Positions 51,561 through 62,260 of a stretch of DNA of 64,000 nucleotides are shown here, piece by piece. Origin of the DNA: Flavobacteriales bacterium Tduv (GTDB taxonomy: Bacteria > Bacteroidota > Bacteroidia > Flavobacteriales > Blattabacteriaceae); contig CP180024.1 in assembly GCA_047528255.1 (NCBI GenBank), positions 1,046,324 to 1,110,323 of the forward strand, read 5' to 3'. The position numbers and the translations under genes were made by a program. The stretch's first letter is position 1. Every line of letters starts with the position of its first letter. The notes below the pieces were generated by a model, which saw only the letters and a program-made list of their open reading frames with translations, made no database searches and was not told the origin of the DNA.

Positions 51561-52814
51561 TTAGATCGTAAAGGCTTTTTTGATGAGTGGAACTAGATCC
51601 AGTTTTTCCCAAGTGAAAAGTTCCACTTCGGTTTCAATCTTTTTGCCTTCGCTATTTGTAAAAAATTTTTTCACTTTTTGAGGTGTTCTTCCCATGTGTC
51701 CATAGGCAGCTGTTTCCTCATAGATGGGTTGGCGAAGTTTTAGGCGTTGTTCGATAGCGTAGGGGCGTAGATCAAAAATTTCTTTGATCTTTTGAGCGAT
51801 AGTGCCGTCAGAGAGATCCGATTTTGAAGTACCGTAAGTGTTGACATAAATTCCCATAGGCTCTGCAACGCCTATCGCGTAGGATATTTGTATCAGAAGT
51901 TCGTCCGCGAGACCGGCAGATACAAGATTTTTTGCAATGTGTCGAGCAGCGTAAGCTGCTGAACGGTCTACTTTGGATGGATCTTTTCCCGAGAATGCTC
52001 CGCCTCCATGTGCGCCTTTTCCTCCGTAGGTGTCTATGATGATTTTTCGTCCTGTCAGTCCTGAGTCTCCGTGAGGGCCTCCGATGACGAATTTTCCTGT
52101 TGGGTTTATATGATATTTGATTTGATCGGTAAAGACTTTTTTTAAACGATCGGGCAAAATTTCTTTTACTCTTGGGATGAGAATGTTTTTAATGTCTTGA
52201 GAGATGCACCGCTGCATATTTTCTTCAGTGTCGAACTCATCATGTTGAGTAGAAATGACGATGGTATCTATACGTTGAGGTATATGATTGTCAGTGTATT
52301 CTAAAGTAACTTGGGCCTTGGAATCCGGGCGGAGATAAGACATTGTTCGGTTTTCGCGTCGTATGGAGGAGAGTTCTTGCAATAGGCGATGAGAAAGCTC
52401 CAGCGCCAGTGGCATATAATTTTCGGTTTCTTTTGTAGCATAACCGAACATAATACCTTGATCCCCAGCACCTTGATCTTCTTTCTTTAGGTGCTCGATA
52501 CCTTGAGCAATGTCAGGCGATTGTTCATGGATAACGGAGAAGATACCGCAAGAATCGGCGTGAAATTGATATTCATTTTTTGTATAACCTATTTTTCGGA
52601 TGAGCTCACGAGCTACTTTATGTACGTCTACCCAAGCGCTTGAGTGGGCTTCTCCGGCTAAAATCACTTGTTCGGTAGTAACTAGGGTTTCTACAGCTAC
52701 TTTTGCCTGTGGGTCAAAGGCCAGAAATTGATCAAGTATAGCGTCGGAAATTTGATCAGCAATTTTGTCAGAGTGGCCTTCAGAGACCGATTCGCTTGTA
52801 AAAAGATAGGACAT
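51561..52814 (-). CDS. metK: S-adenosylmethionine synthetase
   Basis: 417-aa ORF with [27 protein letters not shown] and [19 protein letters not shown] blocks. Confidence 0.95.
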   Translation of the reverse strand: MSYLFTSESVSEGHSDKIADQISDAILDQFLAFDPQAKVAVETLVTTEQVILAGEAHSSAWVDVHKVARELIRKIGYTKNEYQFHADSCGIFSVIHEQSPDIAQGIEHLKKEDQGAGDQGIMFGYATKETENYMPLALELSHRLLQELSSIRRENRTMSYLRPDSKAQVTLEYTDNHIPQRIDTIVISTQHDEFDTEENMQRCISQDIKNILIPRVKEILPDRLKKVFTDQIKYHINPTGKFVIGGPHGDSGLTGRKIIIDTYGGKGAHGGGAFSGKDPSKVDRSAAYAARHIAKNLVSAGLADELLIQISYAIGVAEPMGIYVNTYGTSKSDLSDGTIAQKIKEIFDLRPYAIEQRLKLRQPIYEETAAYGHMGRTPQKVKKFFTNSEGKKIETEVELFTWEKLDLVPLIKKAFTI

Positions 52815-52982
52815 AACTTTTGACGATTTAATGGAATCATTTTAAATATAGAGAAAGAATGACCCCCGTGCAGCGCCAAAAGATAAAAACACTGCTTTAG
52901 CATTTTTTATGAGGTTGCAATCAGTCAAATCTTTCCTCGATCAATGTAGCAAATGTAAAATAATTTTATGCTTGTAAAAAGT

Positions 52983-53915
52983 TCATGTCCAATATTCTGT
53001 CCGGGACGTTCTCTTTTTATTCTCTAATATAGCGCAGTAGCTCAGGTAGCGTGAAGTGGAAATTTCGTTTTTTTCCAGCGTTTTGATCACTTTGCATTCG
53101 GGTTCTTCGAGATGAAGGCAATTATAGAATCGACATTGTCCGCGTAAGCGAAAGATTTCCGGGAAATAGGCCTGTATCTCGTCTCGTTCCATATCGACTA
53201 ACCCAAAGCTTTTGATGCCCGGCGTATCGATGATTTGCCCACCGAAGGGCCATTCAAACAGTTCTGCGAAAGTGGTGGTATGTCGGCCTTTTTGATGGTA
53301 TCGGGAGATTGCTGCGGTGCGCAATTTCCAATGGGGAGCTAAGGCATTTATCAGTGTGGACTTACCTGTTCCTGAGTGTCCGGATATTATACTCACTTTG
53401 TCTTTCATCTTTGTTTTGACGATTTCCAGATTTTTCCCTTTTTCTACCGAGAGTTCTATGCAATCGTAGCCGATCTTTTTATAAAGCTCTATCAGGGTGT
53501 TTTTTTGTCGGGATAGGGTTTCATTATAAAGGTCTATTTTATTAAATAATAGGGTTATCGGAATGCCATAAGCTTGTGCACAGACCAGAAAGCGATCAAT
53601 GAAACCAGTGGATATTGAAGGATACGCCAAGGTGACCATCAAAAAACATTGGTCGATGTTGGCTGCCAGGATATGTGTCTGTTTGGATAGTTTGGCTGCA
53701 CGACGGATGATATAGTTTTTCCGTTGGTTGACCTCGACGATCACCGCTGTTCCATCGGCTTGTAGCTCAAAACTGACCAGGTCACCTACGGCTACGGGAT
53801 TGGTGCTCCTGAGTTCATCGATGCGAAACTTTCCTTTGATGCGCGCTTGGATTTGTCCTTCGATATGTCGAACGGTATACCAGCTTCCAGTTGATTTGAT
53901 CACCGTTCCTTTCAT
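52983..53915 (-). CDS. rsgA: ribosome small subunit-dependent GTPase A
   Basis: 310-aa ORF with an OB fold and a circularly permuted GTPase (NKIDL .. GHSGTGKSTLINAL). The zinc-binding motif is CRFYNCLHLEEPEC. The start overlaps the stop of the upstream DAHPS/CM gene (ATGA). Confidence 0.9.
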   Translation of the reverse strand: MKGTVIKSTGSWYTVRHIEGQIQARIKGKFRIDELRSTNPVAVGDLVSFELQADGTAVIVEVNQRKNYIIRRAAKLSKQTHILAANIDQCFLMVTLAYPSISTGFIDRFLVCAQAYGIPITLLFNKIDLYNETLSRQKNTLIELYKKIGYDCIELSVEKGKNLEIVKTKMKDKVSIISGHSGTGKSTLINALAPHWKLRTAAISRYHQKGRHTTTFAELFEWPFGGQIIDTPGIKSFGLVDMERDEIQAYFPEIFRLRGQCRFYNCLHLEEPECKVIKTLEKNEISTSRYLSYCAILENKKRTSRTEYWT

Positions 53916-55012
53916 TGGTGGGGTTCATCGGTTTTGAGCATGATTTTATTTTGGATATTGACCGATTCTTGGTGTATAGCTTTGTAAAATTGTTCGGTAA
54001 ATTCTTCAGAAAGGCCTAGAGACTGGCCTGTTCGTTTAGATCGCTTTAAGACTACTTCCCAACGGTCAGGTTGAAAGATAGCTACGTTGTGAGCTCTTTT
54101 CAAATCGCCGACTTTTTGAGAAGTTCGCATCCGATCGGCCAATATGGAAAGAAGATTTTGGTCCAGTTCGTCTATTTGAGCGCGCATACGATCCAGTCCT
54201 AATTGATATTCGGAATTTTCCGGATTGTCGTGTTGTCTGACCTCTATCATTTTCAGAATTTCCAAAAGTTTTTCGGGTATAATTTGTTGTTTCGCGTCGC
54301 TCCAAGCTTGGTCCGGGTCGTAGTGTGTTTCAACCATTAAGCCGTTGTATTCAAAGTTGAAAGCTTGTTGGGCTATTTCGAAAATCCCGTCGCGGTTACC
54401 GCAAATGTGCGAGGGGTCGCAGAGAATGGGAATATTTGGATAGCTATTTTTGAAATCCAGGGCGATTTGCCAATTGGGCTGATTGCGGAATTTGGGTTTT
54501 TTGTATGTGGAAAAACCGCGGTGGATGACACCTAATTTTTCGATGCCTCGACCGGCGAGACGTTCCAGTGCTCCGATCCATAGATCGAGATCGGGATGGA
54601 TAGGATTTTTCACCAATACTACCTTGTCGGATCCTTCGAGCGCATCAGCGATCTCTTGTACGGTGAAGGGATTGACCGTGCTTCGAGCGCCAATCCAGAG
54701 TATGTCAATATCGTGCTCTAAGGCTCCTTCTACGTGTTCGGCTTTGGCTACTTCCGTTGCTGTCATCATCCCGGTTTGGTTTTTGACTTTTTGGAGCCAT
54801 GGAAGTCCATCGAGGCCAATACCTTCAAAATTATTGGGCTTGGTTCTAGGTTTCCAGATTCCGGCTCTGAAGACTTGGATGTAAGATTTTTCGATCCTTG
54901 AGGCTGTTTTTAGAACTTGCTCTTCGCTCTCGGCGCTGCAAGGGCCTGAAATAATCAATGGTTTGTAGAATTGTTTGATCCAGTTTTGTTCGATATCGGT
55001 CAGTTTTTTCAT
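53912..55012 (-). CDS. bifunctional 3-deoxy-7-phosphoheptulonate synthase / chorismate mutase
   Basis: 366-aa ORF. The N-terminal ~270 aa form a type I-beta DAHPS/KDO8PS-like barrel (SGPCSAES, IWKPRT, DPSH). The C-terminal ~90 aa form an AroQ-type chorismate mutase (RAQIDELDQNLLSILADRM..). This fusion is common in Bacteroidota. Confidence 0.9.
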   Translation of the reverse strand: MKKLTDIEQNWIKQFYKPLIISGPCSAESEEQVLKTASRIEKSYIQVFRAGIWKPRTKPNNFEGIGLDGLPWLQKVKNQTGMMTATEVAKAEHVEGALEHDIDILWIGARSTVNPFTVQEIADALEGSDKVVLVKNPIHPDLDLWIGALERLAGRGIEKLGVIHRGFSTYKKPKFRNQPNWQIALDFKNSYPNIPILCDPSHICGNRDGIFEIAQQAFNFEYNGLMVETHYDPDQAWSDAKQQIIPEKLLEILKMIEVRQHDNPENSEYQLGLDRMRAQIDELDQNLLSILADRMRTSQKVGDLKRAHNVAIFQPDRWEVVLKRSKRTGQSLGLSEEFTEQFYKAIHQESVNIQNKIMLKTDEPHQ

Positions 55013-55029
55013 TGTGAATTGTTTATATG

Positions 55030-55884
55030 GGGGGGTATCTTTTGATTCTTATTTTTTCAGCGCTTTTTGAATTTTATTAACTTTTTTCATTTATCGATAG
55101 ATGGATTCGGAGTTGTTTTCTTGTAGAAAAATTCAGAGTTTGATCAGCTGATCGATATAGGTTTCGATGGTTTTGAATAGGTTTTATTTGTTCGATCAAA
55201 AGATCGAAAGCCAGGTATTGAAGCGTCTTTTGACCAAGCAACTGTAGAAAAAAACAGCTTCCTGTCAAATGGGATTTTTTACTCGTCTTTTTCGACATCC
55301 AATACGATACGTTCCAGACTGAAAGATAATATGTGTGATAGATGTGAGATCTAAGCCAAGTGTAGATCGTGCGTTTTGGAATCCATTCGATCGAGGGCAT
55401 GTGTAGATTAGCATATATTGTTTCTATTTTTCAAGGGTCTCGGGAGTATTGAGTTCGACTGGAAGATGATTTTTTTTCTTTCGAAAACCTCGTAAAAAGG
55501 CGTTTTAAGTCCCGAGTATTCTGTTCCGTATATGGGATGTGTGGAGATGAAACGGTTTCGTTTGGAGTGTTTGGCTATGGCTTGACAAATATTTTCTTTG
55601 GTCGAGCCAATATCGAGAACGACGCTTTTGTCGGAGGGGGCATTCAGTAGCTCCGGGGATATTTTCCTTATTCCGTTGACGGGCGTGGCCAGGATGATGA
55701 GTTCGCTCTGTGTGATGAGCGTGTTGGGGGAGACGATCTCGTCGACGATTTCGATTTTCAGCTCGAGTGAAGCGTTTTTCGGGATTTGTTGTATCCTGTT
55801 GATTTTTTTCCAAAAATCTGTTTTAGGTAGACTCAAGGCCATACACCCTCCGATCAATCCTAAACTAATGATTCCGATTTTCAT
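55030..55884 (-). pseudogene. tyrA: prephenate dehydrogenase, pseudogene (frameshifted)
   Basis: The N-terminal part MKIGIISLGLIGG..ATPV..DIGSTK.. is open from 55884 to 55408. The C-terminal part (..SHIYHTYYLS.., ORF 55077..55400) lies in a different frame. Confidence 0.75.
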
Positions 55885-57030
55885 GAGCTGATTCGTTTCT
55901 GTACTTCTTCTAGGGTTTTTATGGGGCAGCACAGTAAAAAGCGAACGTATCTTTTACCAAATTGGCCGAAGACACTTCTGGGGGGTATGAAGATATGTTG
56001 TTTATGCAACATTCGGTCTGACCAATCTTTGTCATCTTGGTTGTTCAGGAGCTTAGCCCAAACGAAGAGGCCGGAACCCATATGGTCGTAAGAAAGACCG
56101 AGTGTGTTGCAGATCATTTCTATAATTTCTTTCCGCTCGGAATATACGGCATTGAGTTATTCAACCATTCGTCTGATTGTTAAATAGCTTTGATGGCAGA
56201 GAGTTCTAGGGGTAAGTACATATCGGAGTCCATTTGACTTTTTGTTTTCAGTTTTTTTTGAATAAATTCTTTTTTCCCACTACCATCCCGATGCTCCATT
56301 CGGCCATATTGTGACTCTTACTGAGAGAATTCAATTCTAAAGTGATATTTATAGCTCCTTGAATTTGTAAGATGATTAAAGGCCTGGAGTTAAGGGGAAA
56401 TGTATGGATTGTCATGTACAAGAAGGTTCTTATGTTTTCGGGAAAAGTGTACGGTTTTTCCAGTTGTTCAAGGGCCGACACAGGCCTGTGGGAATGTGGG
56501 GTAATTGTTTCATAGTATTTTTACTCGATAGAGGTCTCTATGTTCCAAAATGTCGAGATTCAGCTGCCAAGGTTTTCTTCTCTCAGATCGTAGTGGATGA
56601 TTTCAGGTTCGAGGAATTGATATACATAGAAATAAGTGGGGTAGTCTGGATCAGGAACAAGAACCTGATCGCCATGCTCTATGTAAGTCATGCTGATTTG
56701 CATGATGCCTTCTTTGGTTCCCATCAAAGAGGAGCTTCCTCATGATTGAGTGATACGTTGTAATTCTTTAGGACCCATGGAGGTGAAAGATTGACGTAAG
56801 GGCTATTCGATATAATTTTTGGACATGTTGGCGTTAGGTAGATCGGTGCTTTGTTGCATTTTTTTGGATGACGGCTTTCAGCTGAAGGATCTCCGGACGT
56901 CGATGCCTAGATTGATGATCTTTGCCCCTCTGCCTTCATATTACTGATTTCCTTTAGTTTTCAGAAAAACTAGTACTCTGTGAGGTGATATATCCGTGAT
57001 GCCGGTATAATCCTCATTGTGTTCTTCCGT
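55881..57030 (-). pseudogene. class I/II aminotransferase, pseudogene
   Basis: Only fragments remain: the C-terminus GLFVWAKL..IFIPPRSVFGQFGKRYVRF (55881..56117), the PLP-lysine region LNSLSKSHNMAEWSIGMVVGKK (56248..56481), and upstream ..[31 protein letters not shown].. and ..GAKIINLG... These sit in different frames with stops. The 5' limit is approximate. Confidence 0.7.
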
Positions 57031-57044
57031 TTTTGTATTCTCAA

Positions 57045-57812
57045 ATTACGGAGAGTCCTTAAATTTTTCACGGATGCTCCATTTCACCTTTTCATAAATA
57101 TTTGGATTGTCAAAGCTCAGATCGATGAAAAAGGCATATTCCTAGTTTTTTTCTATCGATGGGGATCGATTGAATTTTGGTCATATTGATGCTCAATTCA
57201 GCGATAGTATGTAGTATCCTCGAAGAGGATTCCGGTAGTATGCATCAGCTTGACGTTACGGGAGGCTTTGTTAAAATATTTTTCAATATTTTTAGAGCGG
57301 AAGCTTTGATGATGAAAAAGTGCGTGAAGTTGTTTGAAATGGTGTAGATGTCTCTTACCCATATTTCCATTCCGTATATTTCGGCGTTTTTTCGAGGCTA
57401 TCGCGGCCAATTCTTTGAGTTGTTCATTGGATATATGTTGGGAGGGCCTTCCGTATCCGGGTATTCCTATATTTTGATTTTTGGATGTTGATCAAAAAAA
57501 TCTTATGCATTGTAAAAACCCGATTGGATGTGAAATCAAATCTGGTATGTCTTCCAAGTTTTTCCGGGGAAGGATCATCAATTGATAGCAAATGGGTATG
57601 TAGATTTCCTCGATTATTTTTAGGGAATGTTTGGAGAGTAAGGCATAATTCGATAGGATGGCTCCGGTTATTGAGTTTTCTATAGCCATCACTCCTGCAT
57701 GCATTTTAGAGCCCCTAGACGGCTTCGGCTAGAGCTTTGAATGTGGCGTACTCGAAAATTTTATATTCTGATGCTCCGAAATAATAGGAGACTACAGTGC
57801 GATGGGGCGTTC
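57045..57812 (-). pseudogene. pheA: prephenate dehydratase, pseudogene
   Basis: The fragment 57492..57704 reads GVMAIENSITGAILSNYALLSKHSLKIIEEIYIPICYQLMILPRKNLEDIPDLISHPIGFLQC, and 57198..57410 reads AAIASKK...ILFEDTT... They are in different frames, the ACT-domain region carries stops, and no start codon is present. Limits are approximate. Confidence 0.7.
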
Positions 57813-58060
57813 TTTTATTCCCTTTATATCCATTTTTTTATTTGAGTCAATTCACAAAAAAAGCCTCACGATGGGGGTATATATTTTTTTTATTTTCAGT
57901 CAACATAAAAAAAACATATTTTTTTGCAAGAGAAGAGATAAAAACAGCTGTTGTATGGCTTTTTCAATTTCATTTTGAGCTCCCTCAAAGGGAAGATGTA
58001 TATATGATTTTTTTAATTTTGTGTTTCTATTCTGAAAGAATAGCTGTAGAAGAACAATGT

Positions 58061-59333
58061 GAGAACGTTGCATGAGATAAGAAAGTTAAAATATTTGTAA
58101 ATCAAAATATTGTTTCGTATGTTTGGAGTAGGAAATAAAAAAATTCGGCTCTATGCTCAAAAGCATCGCACAAATAATTTTTAGTGAATTATATATAGAA
58201 CGTTCTACTAGAAAAGGTGAGTTTTTCAAAGGTTGAAACACCTTAATTCACTTGGAAGGGATGGAGAAAGAGATAAGAAAAATAAATGAAAAAGACTAAG
58301 AAATAAAAGGTTAACCTGCTTATAGTGTAATATCATTATTTATGATGATGCTTTTGAGTCACTGGTATACTCTCAGTGATGTAGGAACGAAAGAATTGGT
58401 GAAAGAATCCTTGATCTTCATGTGCTTTTGTGGTTTTTAATTGGAAGATCAAATCCCAGATCATACGACTCTATGCAGATTTCGCAATGAAATAGTAGCC
58501 AAAAAGGATATGAGAGCTTACAGAAAAAGATCAATAAGAAATTAGAAAAGCATCAGGAGTTAGTTAAAACAGGAGTGATAGTAGCTACAAATATTACAGT
58601 GAGGCTCTTTGCTCCAAAGGGAGCTCACTACCTACGTAGTGAAGGATCGAAAGGAAGATGGGAAAAAGCAAATAAGTCAAAGAAAAGCAAAGGTAAAAAA
58701 AGAGGATCAATCAGGAGTAGATCCTCAAGGCAAATGGCTTAAGAAATGAGTTAAACTCTACTCCGGATACAAGAAACAGCTAGGGGGGATAAAAATGGAA
58801 TGATAGTAGTAATACATAGCGTAGTCAGCCAATGAGCATGATAGTATAGGGCTAAAGCCATCAATAAGCAAACTAGGATATAACCCTTAGAGAAGTGTAT
58901 GCAAACAAAGGTTACAAAGAGCCATCCAACGTGTTTTACTTTTATAGTTGAGGCATCAAATACCGTATAGAGAATAAATCCGATAGGAACCCTCGATTAA
59001 GTAGGATAGTTATATTATTCAACAAATTAGTGAGTAAAACCAGATGGGTAGTAGAACGTACTTTTGGTAATATAAAGCGTTGGTTTGGATCAGGAAAGCT
59101 CGTTACAAACAATTAGTTCGTGTACATGCCCAACATCTTATGGAGGCTATGGCACATAATTTGTATCGTCTCCTAGCATTATTATGAGTTGTTCATAACA
59201 ATAGATATAATTAATTAATTTATAATAAATAGTATTTCGAATACAATGTGAAAGACTAAATCTACATCGTCTCCAACGATGCTCACCTAGGTGCTTGAGT
59301 AACTATAATCCAGCATTAACACAATGGTGTAGA
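58061..59333 (+). mobile_element. IS5-family IS, copy AB, full length (~1273 bp), degraded
   Basis: Starts GAGAACGTTGCATGAGATAAG, preceded by the degenerate repeat AAGAACAATGT, and ends ..CATTAACACAATGGTGT. The transposase frame is interrupted throughout. Confidence 0.9.
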
Positions 59334-59387
59334 AATAATATATTGATTTACATATACTTTAACATTATTCTTTCATATAAGATTCTC
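59334..59387 (-). mobile_element. IS5-family IS, 5'-terminal fragment AC (~55 bp)
   Basis: AGAAATAATATATTGATTTACATATACTTTAACATTATTCTTTCATATAAGATTCTC is the reverse complement of the IRL and leader. Confidence 0.65.
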
Positions 59388-60256
59388 GACACGTTGGCTG
59401 CACTTGGTAACCTTTATCTGCATATACTTCTCTAGGTTTATATTCTAATTTGCTTATTAATGGCCTTCCACTTTCCTATCATGCTCATTGCTGCTACGTT
59501 ATGTACTGCTAGTATCATTCCATTTTTATCTACCCTATCTGTTTCTTGTATCCGGAGTAGAGTTTAGCTTATTTCTTAAGCCATTTGCCTTGAGGGTCTA
59601 CTTCTGATTGATCCTCTTTTTTTACCTTCTTTTTTGACTTATTTTCTTTTGCTCCTCTTCCTTCCGATCCTCCACTACGTAGGTAGAAGCCCCTTGGAAG
59701 CAAAGGGATTCACTATAATACTTGCAGCGACTATTACTCCTGTTTTAAGTAGCGCTTGATGCTTTTTTAATTCCTTATTGATCTCTTTTCAGTAAGAGAT
59801 CATATGCCTTTTTAGCTACTATTTCATTGCGAAATCTACATAGAGTCGTGTGATCTGGTATATAATATTCCAATCGGAAATCACAAAAGCGCATGCAGCT
59901 CAAGTATTCTTTCACCAATTCTTTCGTTTCTACATTACTAAAATCATACTAGTGACTCAAAAGCATCATCTTAAATAACGATATTCCACTGTAAGCAGGT
60001 TGGTTTTTTATTCCCTGATCTTTTTGATATATTTTTCTTATATCTTTCTCCATACTTTCCAAGTGGATCAATCTCTTTAACCTTTTGAAAAACTGACTCC
60101 TGCTGCTAGAACGTTCTCATATATAGTTCACTAAATCTTATTTGCAAGGTGTTTCTGAGCATAGATCCGAATATTTTTTTACCTTCTACTCCAGATATAC
60201 CAAATAATATATTGATTTACAAACATTTTAAATTTATTTTCTCATGCAATGTCCTC
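59388..60256 (-). mobile_element. IS5-family IS, copy AD, lacks about 400 bp of its 3' end, degraded
   Basis: Begins mid-element (GACACGTTGGCTGCACTTGGTAACC..). The left end ..CTCATGCAATGTCCTC at 60256 abuts the 3' end of the acs pseudogene. Confidence 0.85.
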
Positions 60257-62205
60257 ATTTTTTGTTTATTGATGAGCCCCTCTGAACATACCATTTCAAT
60301 AATCCGATCTACAGTATCTGGATTGAGCAAGGTACTGATGTCTCCAAAATCATCATAATCCCCCTGAGCTATCTTTCGGAGGATGCACCGCATAATTTTA
60401 CCTGAGCGCGTCTTAAGAAGATCGTCGACCACGATGATCCGATCCAGCCGAGCGATAGGGCCGATGGCCTGTAATACCCCTTCCGATACGCTTCGCTTAA
60501 CCCCTTCGCTATCAAAATTGGGCTATGGCAAATGATGTAAACAAAAATTCCCTCGCCCTTGATATCGTCCGGAAAACCTATAACGGCCGACTTGCTCACC
60601 CTTGGATGTTGATTGATCTCGTTTTCGATCTCAGCCGTACCCAAACGATGCCCTGATATATTGATCACATCATCCACACGGCCGAGAATGCGATAATAAC
60701 CTTCTTCATCCCTTCTGACACCCTCTCCCGAAAAATAGTAACCCTTGAACGGGGAAAAATAAATCTCCTTGAATCGCTCATGATCTCCCCAAATCGTCCG
60801 AGCCATAGCCGGGCTAAGGGAAACGTATACAGATATTTCCTTTTACGCCTTTTCCTCTAATTTCTTTACCTTCACTGTCCATCACAACGGGTTGCACGCC
60901 AGGCAAGAGTAAAGTCGCGTAAGTTGGTTTCGTTGGTATGATGTCTGCCAAATAGCTCAACATAAATCCACCCGGCTTAGTATGCCACCAAGTCTCTACG
61001 ATCGGGAAATGCTCCTGTCCAATATGGTGATGGGAGCAATGCCAGGACTCACTATTGATAGGATCTCCTAAAGTTCTTAGTAGTTCGAGAGAAAAGAGGT
61101 TTTTCCCTTCCAGCGGTTCTATACCGAAAGTAATCAGGGAACGAATAGCTGTCAGTTCCGTATAAAACTGGTTGACGCGATATTTCTGAACGATGTTTCA
61201 AAACCGGCCTGCATTCGGATAAGTGGGCTCCCTCAAAGAGGATAGAAATAGAGCCGTTGAGCAACGGATAATATACTAAAAAAGAATACCCGTAATCCAA
61301 CCGATATCCGCTGTACAAAAATAAACATCCCCTTCTTGATATTGAAAGTTTTTTTCAATACAAATTCAGTATAAAGCATGTAGCTATACGTGGTGTGCAC
61401 CAATCCTTTTGGCTTTCCCGTAGATCCAGAGGTATACAAGATGAAAAGAGGATCTTCAGCGTCCATCTCTTCAGTTGAACAAATATCTGAGACGTCCCTA
61501 ATTTGTTCATTCCTCCAATGGTCGCTACTGGTTTTCATCTCGACTTGCCCCCTGTGCATTGAGCTATGATTACTTTTTGCTACCGGAGGATACTCAGTCA
61601 AATCCTCGTCGGTGATTTGTTTCAGCAGATGGTCTTGGATCCGTGAAAAGACCGTCGGCCGTCAACAATATCTTGGCTTGGTCATCTTGCATCTTGCCGT
61701 CCAAGGTCGCTGCAGAAAATCTTCCGAAAACTACTGAATGGATCGCTCCGATACGGGAACAAGCCAAAACGGAAATGACAAGTTCGGAGATGATTAGCAT
61801 CTAAACAGCTACACGATCGCCTTTTCTGATACCGCTTTTCTTGAGGACGTTGGTAAATTGACATACTTTTGAAAAAAGCTCGTCGTAGCTATATCTGATT
61901 TCAGGATTTTTAGGATCGTTCGGTTCCCAAATGAGAGCCGTTCAGTCTTTGTGTCTATCCAAATGCCGCTCGAAAATATTTTCGGTAATGTTAAGTTTAG
62001 TTTCTTTGAACCAAGTGATTTCCTATTTTTCAAAATCCCACTCGAGTTGTTTAGTTCAACCTTTCTCCAAAAAAAAGTTTTGAGTGATCTTCCCCAAAAA
62101 TCCTTCGGTATCGCCGATAGAAATGCGATAAATGTCGATGTACTTGAAGAGAAAATCGATATGATAATAGTCTGTAGCCAACGTTTTGAATGAATTCACG
62201 ATCAT
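60257..62205 (-). pseudogene. acs: acetyl-CoA synthetase, pseudogene
   Basis: ACS-specific blocks are scattered over all three frames: N-terminal ..DTEGFLGKI.. (DPEGFW-like), ..TALIWEPNDPKNPEIRYSYDELF.., ..[14 protein letters not shown].., ..ILYTSGSTGKPKGLVHTT.., ..[38 protein letters not shown].. and ..[19 protein letters not shown]... There are many stops and frameshifts. The 3' end runs directly into IS copy AD. Confidence 0.85.
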
Positions 62206-62260
62206 GTCTCGTTCTCCGGAAAAAACACCCAAGCTCTGTGTTTTGAATGCTTCAATTAAT

